In this document: one piece after another, positions 27,111-40,427 of the stretch
How the letters are laid out: every line of letters starts with the position of its first letter
Numbering within the stretch: the first letter of the stretch is position 1
Assembly (NCBI RefSeq): GCF_006345805.1
Contig: NC_043025.1
Location: 16,864,001 to 16,928,000, forward strand
DNA: 64,000 bases
Direction of reading: 5' to 3'
DNA from: Octopus sinensis
Taxonomy: Eukaryota
Made by a program: the position numbers and the translations under genes
The notes under the pieces: generated by a model
What the model saw: only the letters and a program-made list of their open reading frames with translations
Told to the model about the DNA's origin: nothing
The model's database searches: none

Positions 27111-30100
27111 CCTAATAGATAACAAGATTTTTTTTTGTTTTTCAAGTACACATTTGAAATATTTTGACATTTTCTAACCTGAAAACTTTTGAGAATTTAG
27201 TGATCTCTTAGATAAATATAAGCATATTATCTCTCAGTTAACATATATTAACTTAACAGATCACGAAATCTTTTTTAGTTTTCAAGTACACATTTGAAAT
27301 ATTTTGACATTTTCTCGCCTGAAAACTTTTGAGAATTTAGTGATGTCTTAGATAAATATAAGAATATTATCACTCAGTTAACATGTAATTACTTAACAGA
27401 TCAAGCAATTTTTTTTTGTTTTCAAGTACACATTTGAAATATATTGATAATTTCTAACCTGAAAGCTTTTGAGAATTTGGTGATCTCTTGGATAAATATA
27501 AGCTTATTATCACTCATATAACTAATATTTACCTAACAGATCACAAAATTTTTTTTTGATTTTCAAGTACACATTTGAAATATTTTGATATTTTCTGACC
27601 TGAAAACTTTTTAGAATTTAGTGATCTCTTGGATAAATATTAGCTTATTATCACTCAGTTAACTTATCACCTTACAGATCACAAATGTTGTTTTTGTTTT
27701 TCTAGTACACATTTGAAATATTTTGACATTTTCTAACCTAAAAACTTTTGACAATTTAGTGATATCTTGGAAAATATAAACTTATTATCACTCATATAGC
27801 TTATATTTACCTAAGAGATCACAAAATTTTTTTTTTTTTTCAAGAACACATTTGAAATATTTTGACATTTTCTAACCTGAAAACTTTTGAGAATATAGTG
27901 ATATTTTGGATAAATATAAGCTTATTATCATCACTCATATAGCTTATATTTACCTAACAGACCACAAAATTTTTTTTGTTTTCAAGTAAACATTTGAATT
28001 ATTTGAGAGATTTTCTAACCTGAAAACTTTTGAGAATTTAGTGATCACTTGGATAAATATAAGCTTATTATCACACTCATATAGCTTATATTTATCTAAA
28101 AGATCGCGAATTTTTTTTTTTATTTTTTAAGTACACATTTGAATTATTTTGACATTTTCTAACCTGAAAACTTTTGAGAATTTAGTGATCTCTCAGATAA
28201 ATATAAGCATATTATCTCTCAGTTAACATATATTAACTTAACAGATCACGAAATCTTTTGTAGTTTTCAAGTACACATTCGAAATATTTTGACATATTCT
28301 AACCTGAAAACTTTTGAGAATTTAGTGATGTCTTAGATAAATATAAGCATATTATCACTCAGTTAACATATATATTTACTTAACAGATCACGTAATTTTG
28401 TTTTGTTTTCAAGTACACATTTGAAATATATTGATAATTTCTAACCTGAAAGCTTTTGAGAATTTAGTGATCTCTTGGATAAATATAAGCTTATTATCAC
28501 TCATATAACTAATATCTACCTAACAGATCAGAAAATTTTTTTTTGATTTTCAAGTACACATTTGAAATATTTTGACATTTTCTAACCTGAAAACTTTTGA
28601 GAATTTAGTGATCTCTTGGATAAATATAAGCTTATTATCATCACTCATATAGCTTATATTTACCTAACAGACCACAAAATTTTTTTTTGTGTTTCAAGTA
28701 AACATTTGAATTATTTAGGATTTTCTCTAACCTGAAAACTTTTGAGAATTCAGTGATCACTTGGATAAATATAAGCTTATTATCATCACTCATATAGCTT
28801 ATATTTATCTAAAAGATCGCGAAATATTTTTTTTTTTTTAAGTACACATTTGAAATATTTTGACATTTTCTAACCTGAAAACTTTTGAGAATTTAGTGAT
28901 CTCTTAGATAAATATAAGCATATTATCTCTCAGTTAACATATATTAACTTAACAGATCACGAAATCTTTTGTAGTTTTCAAGTACACATTTGAAATATTT
29001 TGACATTTTCTAACCTGAAAACTTTTGAGAATTTAGTGATATCTTGGATAAATATAAGCTTATTATCATCACTCATATAGCTTATATTTACCTAACAGAC
29101 CACAAAATTTTTTTTTGTGTTTCAAGTAAACATTTGAATTATTTAGAGATTTTCTAACCTGAAAACTTTTGAGAATTCAGTGATCACTTGGATAAATATA
29201 AGCTTATTATCATCACTCATATAGCTTATATTTATCTAAAAGATCGCGAAATATTTTTTTTTTTTTTAAGTACACATTTGAAATATTTTGACATTTTCTA
29301 ACCTGAAAACTTTTGAGAATTTAGTGATCTCTTAGATAAATATAAGCATATTATCTCTCAGTTAACATATATTAACTTAACAGATCACGAAATCTTTTGT
29401 AGTTTTCAAGTACACATTTGAAATATTTTGACATTTTCTAACCTGAAAACTTTTGAGAATTTAGTGATGTCTTAGATAAATATAAGCATATTATCACTCA
29501 GTTAACATATATATTTACTTAACAGATCACGTAATTTTTTTTTGTTTTCAAGGACACATTTGAAATATATTGATAATTTCTAACTTGAAAGCTTTTGAGA
29601 ATTTAGTGATCTCTTGGATAAATATAAGCTTATTATCACTCATATAACTAATATCTACCTAACAGATCAGAAAATTTTTTTTTGATTTTCAAGTACACAT
29701 TTGAAATGTTTTGATATTTTCTAACCTGAAAACTTTTGAGAATTTAGCGATCTCTTGGATAAATATTAGCTTATTATCGCCCAGTTAACTTATCACCTTA
29801 CAGATCACAAATTTTTTTTTTTTTTTAAAGTACATATTTGAAATATTTTGACATTTTCTAACCTGAAAACTTTTGAGAATTTAGTGATATCTTGGATAAA
29901 TATAAGCTTATTATCATCACTCATATAGCTTATATTTACCTAACAGACCACAAAATTTTTTTTTGTGTTTCAAGTAAACATTTGAATTATTTAGAGATTT
30001 TGTAACCTGAAAACTTTTGAGAATTTAGTGATCTCTTGGATAAATATAAGCTTATTATCTTCACTCATATAGCTTATATTTATCTAAAATATCGCGAATT

Positions 30101-30639
30101 TTTTTTTTATTTTTTAAGTAAACATTTGAAATATTTTGACATTTTCTAACCTGAAAACTTTTGAGAATTTAGTTGTCTCTTGGATAAATATAAGCTCATT
30201 ATCACTCATATAGCTTATATTTACCTAAGAGATCACAAAATTTTATTTTGTTTTTCAAGTACACATTTGAAATATTTTGAGATTTTCTAACATGAAAACT
30301 TTTGAGAATTTAGTGATCTCTTGGATAAATACTAGCTTATTTTCACTCAGTCAACTTATCACCTTACAGATCACAAATTTTTTTTTTATTTTTCTAGTAC
30401 ACATTTGTAATATTTTGACATTTTGTAACCTGAAAACTTTTGAGAATTTAGTGATCTCTTGGAAAATATAAGCTTATTATCACTCATATAGCTTATATTT
30501 ACCTACGAGATCAGAAAATTTTTTTTTTTCAAGTACACATTTGAAATATTTTGACATTTTCTAACCTGAAAACTTTTGAGAATTTAGTGATCTCTTGGAT
30601 AAATATATGTTTATTATCATCATTCATATAGCTTATATT

Positions 30640-33600
30640 TACCTAACAGATCACAAAATTTTTTCTTCTTTTTCAAGTACACATTTGAAATATTTTGACA
30701 TTTTCTAACCTGAAAAGTTTTGAGAATTTAGTGCTCTCTTGGATAGATATAAGCTTATTATCAATCATATAGCTTATATTTACCTAACAGATCACAAAAT
30801 TCTTTTTTTTTTCAAGTACATATTTGAAATATTTTGACATTTTCTAACCTGAAAACTTTTGAGAATTTAGTGATCTCTTGGATAAATATAAGCTCATTAT
30901 CACTCATATAGATTATATATACCTAAGGATCACAAAATTATTATTTTTTTTAAAATACACATTTGAAATATTTTGACATTTTCTAACCTGAAAACTTTTG
31001 AGAATTTAGTGATCTCTTGGATAAATATAAGCTTATTATCACTCATAGAGCTTATATTTACCTAACAGATGACAAATTTTTTTTTTTTTTCAAGTACACG
31101 TTTGAAATATTTTGACATTTTCTAACCTGAAAACTTTTGAGAATTTAGAGATCTTGGATAAATATAAGCTTATTATCAATCATTTAGCTTATATTTACCT
31201 AACAGATCACAAAATTTTTTTTTGTTTTTCAAGTACACATTTGAAATATTTTGAGATTTTTAACTGAAAACTTTTGAGAATTTAGTGATCTCTTGGATAA
31301 ATATTAGCTTCTTATCACTCAGTTAACTTATCACTTACTGATCACAAATTTTTTTTTGTTTTTCGAGTACACATTTGTAATGTTTTGACATTTTCTAACC
31401 TGAAAACTTTTGAGAATTTAGTGATCACTTGGATATATATAAGCTTATTATCACTGATATAGCTTATATTTACCTAACAGATCACAAAATTTTTTTTTTT
31501 TTTTTCAAGTACACATTTGAAATATTTTGACATTTTCTAAACTGAAAACTTTTAAGAATTTAGTGATCTCTTAGATAAATATAAGCTGATTATCACTCAG
31601 TTAACTTATAATTACCTAATAGATCATTAATTTTTTTTTGTTTTCAAGTACACATTTGAAATATTTTGACATTTTCTAACCTGAAATCTTTTGAGAATTT
31701 AGTGATCGCTTGGATAAATATAAGCTTATTATCACTCATATAGCTAATATTTACCTAACACATCACAAAATCTTTTTTTTTTCAAGTACTCATTTGAAAT
31801 ATCTTGACATTTTCTAACCTGAAACCTTTGAGAATTTAGTGATCTCTTGGATAAATATGAGCTTATTATCACTCATATAACTAATATTTACCTAACACAT
31901 CACGAAAAATTTTTTTTTGTTTTTCAAGTACACATTTGAAATATTTTGACATTTTCTAACCTAAAAACTTTTGAGAATTTAGCGATCTCTTGTATAAATA
32001 TAAGCTTATCTCACTCATATCGCTTATATTTACTAACAGATCACAAAATTTTTTTTTTTTCAAATACACATTTGAAATATTTTGACATTTTCTAACCTGA
32101 AATCTTTTGAGAATTTTGTGTTCTCTTGGATAAATATAAGCTTATTATCACTCATATAGCTTATATTTACCAAAGAGATCACCAAATTTTTTTTTGTTTT
32201 TCAAAACACATTTGAAATATTTTGACATTTTCTAACCTGAAAACTTTTGAGAATTTTGTGATCTCTTGGATAAATTCAAGCTTATTATCATCACACATAT
32301 AGCTTATTTTTACCTAACAGATCACAAAATTTTTTTTTTATTTTTCAAGTACACATTTGAAATATTTTGACATTTTCTAACCTGAAAACTTTTGAGAATT
32401 TAGTGATCTCTTGGATAAATATAAGTTAATTATCATCACTCATATAGCTTATATTTACCTAACAGATCACAAAATTTTTTCTTCATTTTCAAGTACACAT
32501 ATGAAATATTTTGATATTTTCTCACCTGAAAACTTTTGAGAATTTAGTGATCTCTTGGATAAATATAAGCTTAATATCAATCAGTTAACTTATATTCATG
32601 TAACAGATCACAAAATTTTTTTTTGTTTTTAAAGTACACATTTGAAATATTTTGACATTTTCTAACCTGAAAAGTTTTGAGAATTTAGTGCTCTCTTGGA
32701 TAGATATAAGCTTATTATCAATCATATAGCTTATATTTACCTAACAGATCACAAAATTCTTTTTTCTTTCAAGTACATATTTGAAATATTTTGACATTTT
32801 CTAACCTGAAAACTTTTGAGAATTTAGTGATCTCTTGGATAAATATAAGCTCATTATCACTCATATAGATTATATATACCTAAGGGATCACAAAATTATT
32901 ATTTTTTTTTAAAATACACATTTGAAATATTTTGACATTTTCTAACCTGAAAACTTTTGAGAATTTAGTGATCTCTTGGATAAATATAAGCTTATTATCA
33001 CTCATAGAGCTTATATTTACCTAACAGATGACAAATTTTTTTTTCTTTTTCAAGTACACGTTTGAAATATTTTGACATTTTCTAACCTGAAAACTTTTGA
33101 GAATTTAGAGATCTCTTGGATAAATATAAGCTTATTATCAATCATTTAGCTTATATTTACCTAACAGATTACAAAATTTTTTTTTGTTTTTCAAGTACAC
33201 ATTTGAAATATTTTGAGATTTTCTAACTTGAAAACTTTTGAGAATTTAGTGATCTCTTGGATAAATATTAGCTTCTTATCACTCAGTTAACTTATCACCT
33301 TACTGATCACAAATTTTTTTTTTGTTTTTCGAGTACACATTTGTAATGTTTTGACATTTTCTAACCTGAAAACTTTTGAGAATTTAGTGATCACTTGGAT
33401 ATATATAAGCTTATTATCACTGATATAGCTTATATTTACCTAATAGATCACAAAATTTTTTTTTTTTTTTTCAAGTACACATTTGAAATATTTTGACATT
33501 TTCTAACCTGAAAACTTTTAAGAATTTAGTGATCTCTTAGATAAATATAAGCTGATTATCACTCAGTTAACTTATAATTACCTAATAGATCATTAATTTT

Positions 33601-34370
33601 TTTTTGTTTTCAAGTACACATTTGAAATATTTTGACATTTTCTAACCTGAAATCTTTTGAGAATTTAGTGATCTCTTGGATAAATATAAGCTTATTATTA
33701 CTCATATAGCTAATATTTACCTAACACATCACAAAATCTTTTTTTTTTTCAAGTACTCATTTGAAATATCTTGACATTTTCTAACCTGAAACCTTTGAGA
33801 ATTTAGTGATCTCTTGGATAAATATGAGCTTATTATCACTCATATAACTAATATTTACCTAACAGATCACGAAATTTTTTTTTGTTTTTCAAGTACACAT
33901 TTGAAATATTTTGACATTTTCTAACCTGAAAACTTTTGAGAATTTAGCGATCTCTTGTATAAATATAAGCTTATTATCATCACTCATATCGCTTATATTT
34001 ACCTAACAGATCACAAATTTTTTTTTTTTTTCAAATACACATTTGAAATATTTTGACATTTTCTAACCTGAAATCTTTTGAGAATTTTGTGGTCTCTTGG
34101 ATAAATATAAGCTTATTATCACTCATATAGCTTATATTTACCAAAGAGATCACCAAATTTTTTTTTGTTTTTCAAGTACACATTTGAAATATTTTGACAT
34201 TTTCTAACCTGAAAACTTTTGAGAATTTTGTGATCTCTTGGATAAATTCAAGCTTATTATCATCACACATATAGCTTATTTTTACCTAACAGATCACAAA
34301 ATTTTTTTTTTATTTTTCAAGTACACATTTGAAATATTTTGACATTTTCTAACCTGAAAACTTTTGAAAA
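30640..34370 (-). repeat. ~14-mer higher-order repeat (~1.96 kb), two copies
   Basis: GCTCTCTTGGATAGAT occurs at 30733 and 32690, CGAGTACACATTTGTAATG at 31364 and 33330, and TCACACATAT at 32291 and 34263. Confidence 0.87.
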
Positions 34371-37300
34371 TTTAGTGTTCTCTTGGATAAATATAAGCTT
34401 ATTATCACTCATATAGCTTATATTTTCCTAACAGATGACAAATTTTTTTTTCTTTTTCAAGTACACGTTTGAAATATTTTGACATTTTCTAACCTGAAAA
34501 CTTTTGAGAATTTATTGATCTGTAGGATAAATATAAGCTTCTTATCACTCAGTTAACTTATCACCTTAATGACCACAAATTTTTTTTTTGTTTTTCAAGT
34601 ACACATTTGAAATGTTTTGACATTTTCTAACCTGAAAACTTTTGAGAATTTAGTGATCACTTGGATAAATATAAGCTTATTATCACTCATATAGCTTATA
34701 TTTACCTAACAGATCACAAAATTTTTTTTTGTTTTTCAAGTACACGTTTGAAATATTTTGACAATTTCTAACCTGAAAACTTTTGAGAATTTAGCGATCT
34801 CTTGGATTAATATAAGCTTATTATCATCAGTCATATAGCTTATATTTACCTAACAGATCACAAAATTTTTTTTTATTTTTCAAGTACACTTTTGAAATAT
34901 TTTGACATTTTCTAACCTGAAAACTTTTGAGAATTTAGTGGTCTCTTGGATAAATAGAAGCTTATTATCACTCATATAGCTTACATTTATCTAACAGATC
35001 ACAAAATTTTTTTTTTTTTTTCAAGTACACAGTTTGAAATATTTTGACAATTTCTAACCTGAAAACTTTTGAGAATTTAGCGATCTCTTGGATAAATATA
35101 AGCTTATTATCACTCATATAGCTTATATTTACCTAAGAGATCACAAAATTATTTTTTTTTTTTTAAATACAAATTTGAAATATTTTGACATTTTCTAACC
35201 TGAAAACTTTTGAGAATTTTGTGATCTCTTGGATAAATATAAGCTTATTATCACTCATATGGCTTCTATTTACCTAACAGATCACAAAATTTTTTTTTGT
35301 TTTTCAAGTACACATTTGAAATATTTTAGAACCTGAAAACGTTTGAGAATTTAGCGATCTCTTAGATAAATATAAGCTTATTGTCATCACTCATATAGCT
35401 TATATTTACCTAACAGATCACAAAATTTTTTTTTGTTTTTCAAGTACACATTTGAAATATTTTGACATTTTCTAACCTGAAAACTTTTGAGAATTTAGTG
35501 ATCTCTTGGATAAATATAGGCTTATTATCACTCATATAGCTAATATTTACCTAAGAGATCACAAAATTATTATTTTTTTTTAAAATACAAATTTGAAATA
35601 TTTTGACATTTTCTAACCTGAAAATTTTTCAGAATTTTGTGATCTCTTGGATAAATATAAGCTAGTATCACTCATATGGCTTATATTTACCTAACAGATG
35701 ACAATTTTTTTTTTCTTTTTCAAGTACACATTTGAAATATTTTGAAATTTTCTAACCTGAAAACTTTTGAGAATTTAGTGGACTCTTGGATAAATATATG
35801 CTTATTATCACTCATATATCTTATATTTACCTAAGAGATCACAAAATTTTTTTTTTTCTTCAAGAACACATTTGAAATATTTTAACATTTTCTAACCTGA
35901 AAACTTTTGAGAATTTAGTGATCTCTTGGATAAATATAAGGTTATTATCACTCATATAGCTTTTATTTACCTAAAAGTTCACAAAATGTTTTTTTGTTTT
36001 TCAAGTACACATTTGATGTATTTTGACATTTTTAACCTGAAAAGTTTTGAGAAGGTAGCGATCTCTTGGATAAATATAAGCGTATTATCATCACTCATAT
36101 AGCTTATATTTACCTAACAGATCACAAATTTTTTTTTATTTTTCAAGTACACATTTGAAATATTTTGACATTTTCTAACCTGAAAACTTTTCAGAATTTA
36201 GTGGTCTCTTGGATAAATATAAGCTTATTATCACTCATATAGCTTATATTTACGTAACGGTTGACAAATTCTTTTTTCTTTTTCAAGTACACATTTGAGA
36301 TATTTCGACATTTTCTAACTTGAAAACTTTTGAGAATTTAGTGATCTCTTGGATAAATATAAGCTTATTATCAATCATATAGCTTATATTTACCTAACAG
36401 ATCACAAATTTTTTTTTTGTTTTTCAAGTACACATTTGAAATATTTTGAGATTTTCTAACATGAAAACTTTTGAGAATTTAGTGATCTCTTGGATAAATA
36501 TAAGCTTATTATCACTCATATAGCTTATATTTACCTTACAGATCACGAAATATTTTTTGTTTTTCAAGAACACATTTGAAATATTTTGACATATTCGAAC
36601 CTAAAAACTATTGAGAATTTAGTGATCTCTTGGATAAATATAAGTTTATTATCACTCATATAGCTTATATTTACCTAACAGATCACAAAATTTTTTTTTG
36701 TTTTTCAAGTACACATTTGAAATATTTTGACATTTTCTAACCTGAAAACTTTTGAGAAATTAGTGATCTCTTCGATAAATATAAGCTTATTATCACTCAT
36801 ATAGCTTATATATACCTAGTAGATCACAAATTTTTTTTTCTTTTTAGAGTACACATTTGAAATATTTTGACATTTTCTGACCTCAAAAATCCTGAGAATT
36901 TAGTGATCTCTTGGATAAATATAAGCTTATTATCACTCATATAGTTTATCACAAGATTTCTTTTTGTACTTCAAGTACACATTTGAAATATTTTGACATT
37001 TTCTACCTAAAAACATTTGAGAATTCAGTTCTCTCTTGGATAAATATTAGATTATTATCACTCATATAACTTATATTTACCTCACAGATAACAAAATTTT
37101 TTTTGTTTTTCAAATAAACATTTGAAATATTTTGACATTTTCTGACCTGAAAACTTTTGAGAATTTAGTGATCTCTTAGATAAATATAAGCTTATTATCA
37201 CTCAGTTAACTTATATTTATCTAACAGATCACAAAATTTTTTTCTGTTTTTCAAGTACACATTTGAAATATTTTGATATTTTCTAACCTGAAAACTTTTG

Positions 37301-40085
37301 AGAATTTAGCGATCTGTTGGATAAATATAAGCTTATTATCACTCATATAGCTTATATTTACCTAACAGATCACAAATTTTTTTTTTCTTTTTCAAGTACA
37401 CATTTGAAATGTTTTGACATTTTCTAACCTGAAAACTTTTGAGAATTTAGCGATCTCTTGGATAAATATATGCTTATTATCATCACTCATATAGCTTATA
37501 TTTACCTAACAGATCACAAATTTTTATTTTATTTTACAACTACATATTTGAAATATTTTGACATTTTCTAACCTGAAAACTTTTGAGAATTTAGTGGTCT
37601 CTTGGATAAATATAAGCTTATTATCACTCATATAGCTTATATTTACCTAAGAGATCACAAAATTTTTTTTTTTATTCAAGTACACATTTGAAATATTTTG
37701 ACATTTTCTAACCTGAAAACTTTTGAGAATTTAGTGATCTGTTGGATAAATATAAGCTTATTATCACTTAGTCAACTTATCACCTTACAAATAACAAATT
37801 TTTTTTATTTTTCAAGTACCCATTTGAAATATTTTGACATTTTCTAACTTGAAAACTTTTGAGAATTTAACGATCTCTTGGATAAATATAAGCTTATTAT
37901 CACTCATATAGCTTATATTTACCTCACAGATCACAAATTTTTTTTGGTTTTTAGTGTACAGATTTGAAATATTTTGACATTCTCTAACCTGAAAACTATT
38001 GAGAATTTAGTGATCTCTTGGATAAATATAAGCTTATTATCCCTCATATAGTTTATCACAAGACTTTTATTTGTATTTCAAGTACACATTTGAGAATTTA
38101 GTGATCTCTTCGATAAATATAAGCTTATTATCACTCATATAGCTTATATTTACCTAACAGATAACAAATTTTTTTTTTCTTTTTCAAGTACACATTTGAA
38201 ATATTTTGACATTTTCTAACCTGAAAACTTTTAAGAATTTAGTGATCTCTTGGATAAATATATGCTTATTATGATTCAGTTAACTTATATTTGCCTAACA
38301 GATCACAAATTTTTTTTTTTTTCAAGTACATATTTGAAATATTTTGACATTTGAAATATTTGAAATATTTGCCTAACAGATCACAAAATTTTTTTTTTTT
38401 TTCAAGTACACATTTGAAATATTTTGACATTTTCGAACCTAAAAACTATTGAGAATTTAGTGCTCTTCGATAAATATAAGTTTATTATCACTCATATAGC
38501 TTATAAGAGATCACTGTTGTGATAAGTTAACGGAATGATAATAAGCTTATATTTATCCAAGAGATCACTAAATTTTCAAAAGTTTTCAGGTTAGAAAATG
38601 TAGAAATATTTCAAATGTGTACTTGAAAAAAAAAAAAAATTTTTTTGATCTGTTAGTCAAATATAAATTAACTGAAAGATAATAAGCTTATATTTATCCA
38701 AGAGACCACTAAATTCTCAAAGGTTTTTAGGTAAGAAAATGTCAAAATATTTCAAATATTTAGTTGTAAAATAAAAAAAAAATTTGTGATCTCTTAGGTA
38801 AATATAAGCTATATGAGTGATGATAATAAGCTTATAGTTATCCAAGAGATCGCTAAATTCTCAAAAGTTTTCAGTTTAGAAATATCAAAATATTTCAAAT
38901 GTGTACTTGAATAAAAAAAAATTTTTTCTTATCTCTTAGGTAAATATAAGCTATATGAGTGATAATAAGCTTATATTTATCCAAGAGATCACTAAATTCT
39001 CAAAAGTTTTCAGGTTAGAAAATGTCAAAATATTTCAAATGTGTACCTGAAAAATAAAAAAAAAATTGTGATCTGTTAGGTAAATATAAGCTATATGAGT
39101 GATGATAATAAGCTTATATTTATCCAAGAGATCACTAAATTCTCAAAAGTTTTCATGTTAGAAAATCTCAAAATGTGTCAAATGTGTACTTGAAAAACAA
39201 AAAAAAAATTTTTGATCTGTTAGGTAAATATAAGTTATATGAGTGATAATAAGCTTATATTTATCCAAGAGATCACTAAATTCTCAAAAGTTTTCAAGTT
39301 AGAAAATGTCGAAATATTTCAAATGTGTACTTGAAAAATAGAAAAAAATTTTGTGATCTGTTATATAAATATAAGTTAGCTCTGTGAAAATAAGCTTATA
39401 TTTATCCAAGAGATCACTAAATTCTGAAAAGTTTTCAGGTTAGAAAATATCAAATATTTAAAATGTGTCCTTGAAAAACAAAAAAAAATTTTGTGATGTG
39501 TTAGGTAATTATAAGTTAACTGAGTGATAATAAGCTTATATTTATCCAAGAGATCACTAAATTCTCAAAATTTTTCAGGTTAGAAAATGTCAAAATATTT
39601 CAAATGTGTACTTGAAAATCGAAAAAAACAATTGTGATCTGTTTGATAAATATAAAGTCTATTAGTGATAATAAGCTTATATTTACCCAAGAGATCACTA
39701 AATTCTCAAAAGTTTTCAGGTTAGACAATGTCAAATTATTGCACATGTGTACTTGAAAAACAAAAAAAAAATTTGTGATCTGTAAGGTAAATATAAGTTA
39801 AATGAGTGATAATAAGTTCATATTTATCTAAGAGATCACTAAATTCTCAAATATTTTAGGTTAGAAAATGTCAAAATATTTCAAATGTGTACTTGAAAAA
39901 TAAAAAAAAATTTTGTGATCTGTTAGGTAAATATAAGTTAACTGACTGATAATAATCCTATATTTATCCAAGAGATCACTAAATTCTCAAAAGTTTTCAG
40001 GTTAGAAAATGGTAAAATATTTCAAATGTGTACTTGAAAATCAAAAAAAAATTTGTGATCTATTAGGTAAATATAAATTAACTGA

Positions 40086-40427
40086 GTGATAATAAAAAGG
40101 TAAAGACCGCCTTCGGTCATGAGTGACCATGGGTGTGCACCTAGAGATTTACCCTTTGAGGCACAAGTCTGGGCATGGTCGTTTTTTATGGAAGACCAGT
40201 AGACGCCAATGCATAACGGCCTCCCCTCTCCACGCCACCTGTGTTATCCAAGGGAAAGACAAAGGTCGATACAGCTTGGCACCTGTGACGTCGCAACTCA
40301 TTTCTACAGCTGAGTGAACTGGAGCAACGTGAAATAAAGTGTCTTGCTCAAGAACACAACACGCAGCCCGGTCCAGGATTCGAGCTAACAACCTCACGAT
40401 CGTAAGCTCGACGCTCTGTGATAATAA
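40086..40427 (-). repeat. Target-site duplication GTGATAATAA (reverse complement TTATTATCAC) flanking SINE copy 2 (40086-40095 and 40418-40427)
   Basis: ACTGA[GTGATAATAA]aaagg...acgctct[GTGATAATAA]GTTTAT. Confidence 0.93.
40096..40417 (-). mobile_element. 5'-truncated tRNA-derived CORE-type SINE, copy 2 (322 bp)
   Basis: Its reverse complement aligns end to end with copy 1 with no indels and 18 substitutions (by-eye count, ~94% identity). It has the same 5' end (AGAGCG) and 3' end (CCTTT). Confidence 0.85.

Larger units (their letters stand above)
6827..38505 (-). repeat. Satellite DNA block B, same monomer in reverse orientation, interrupted by SINE copy 1
   Basis: The reverse-complement motif CAAGTACACATTTGAAATATTTTGACATTTTCTAACCTGAAAACTTTTGAGAATTT recurs every ~141 bp from 6.83 to 38.5 kb. 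Confidence 0.97.
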
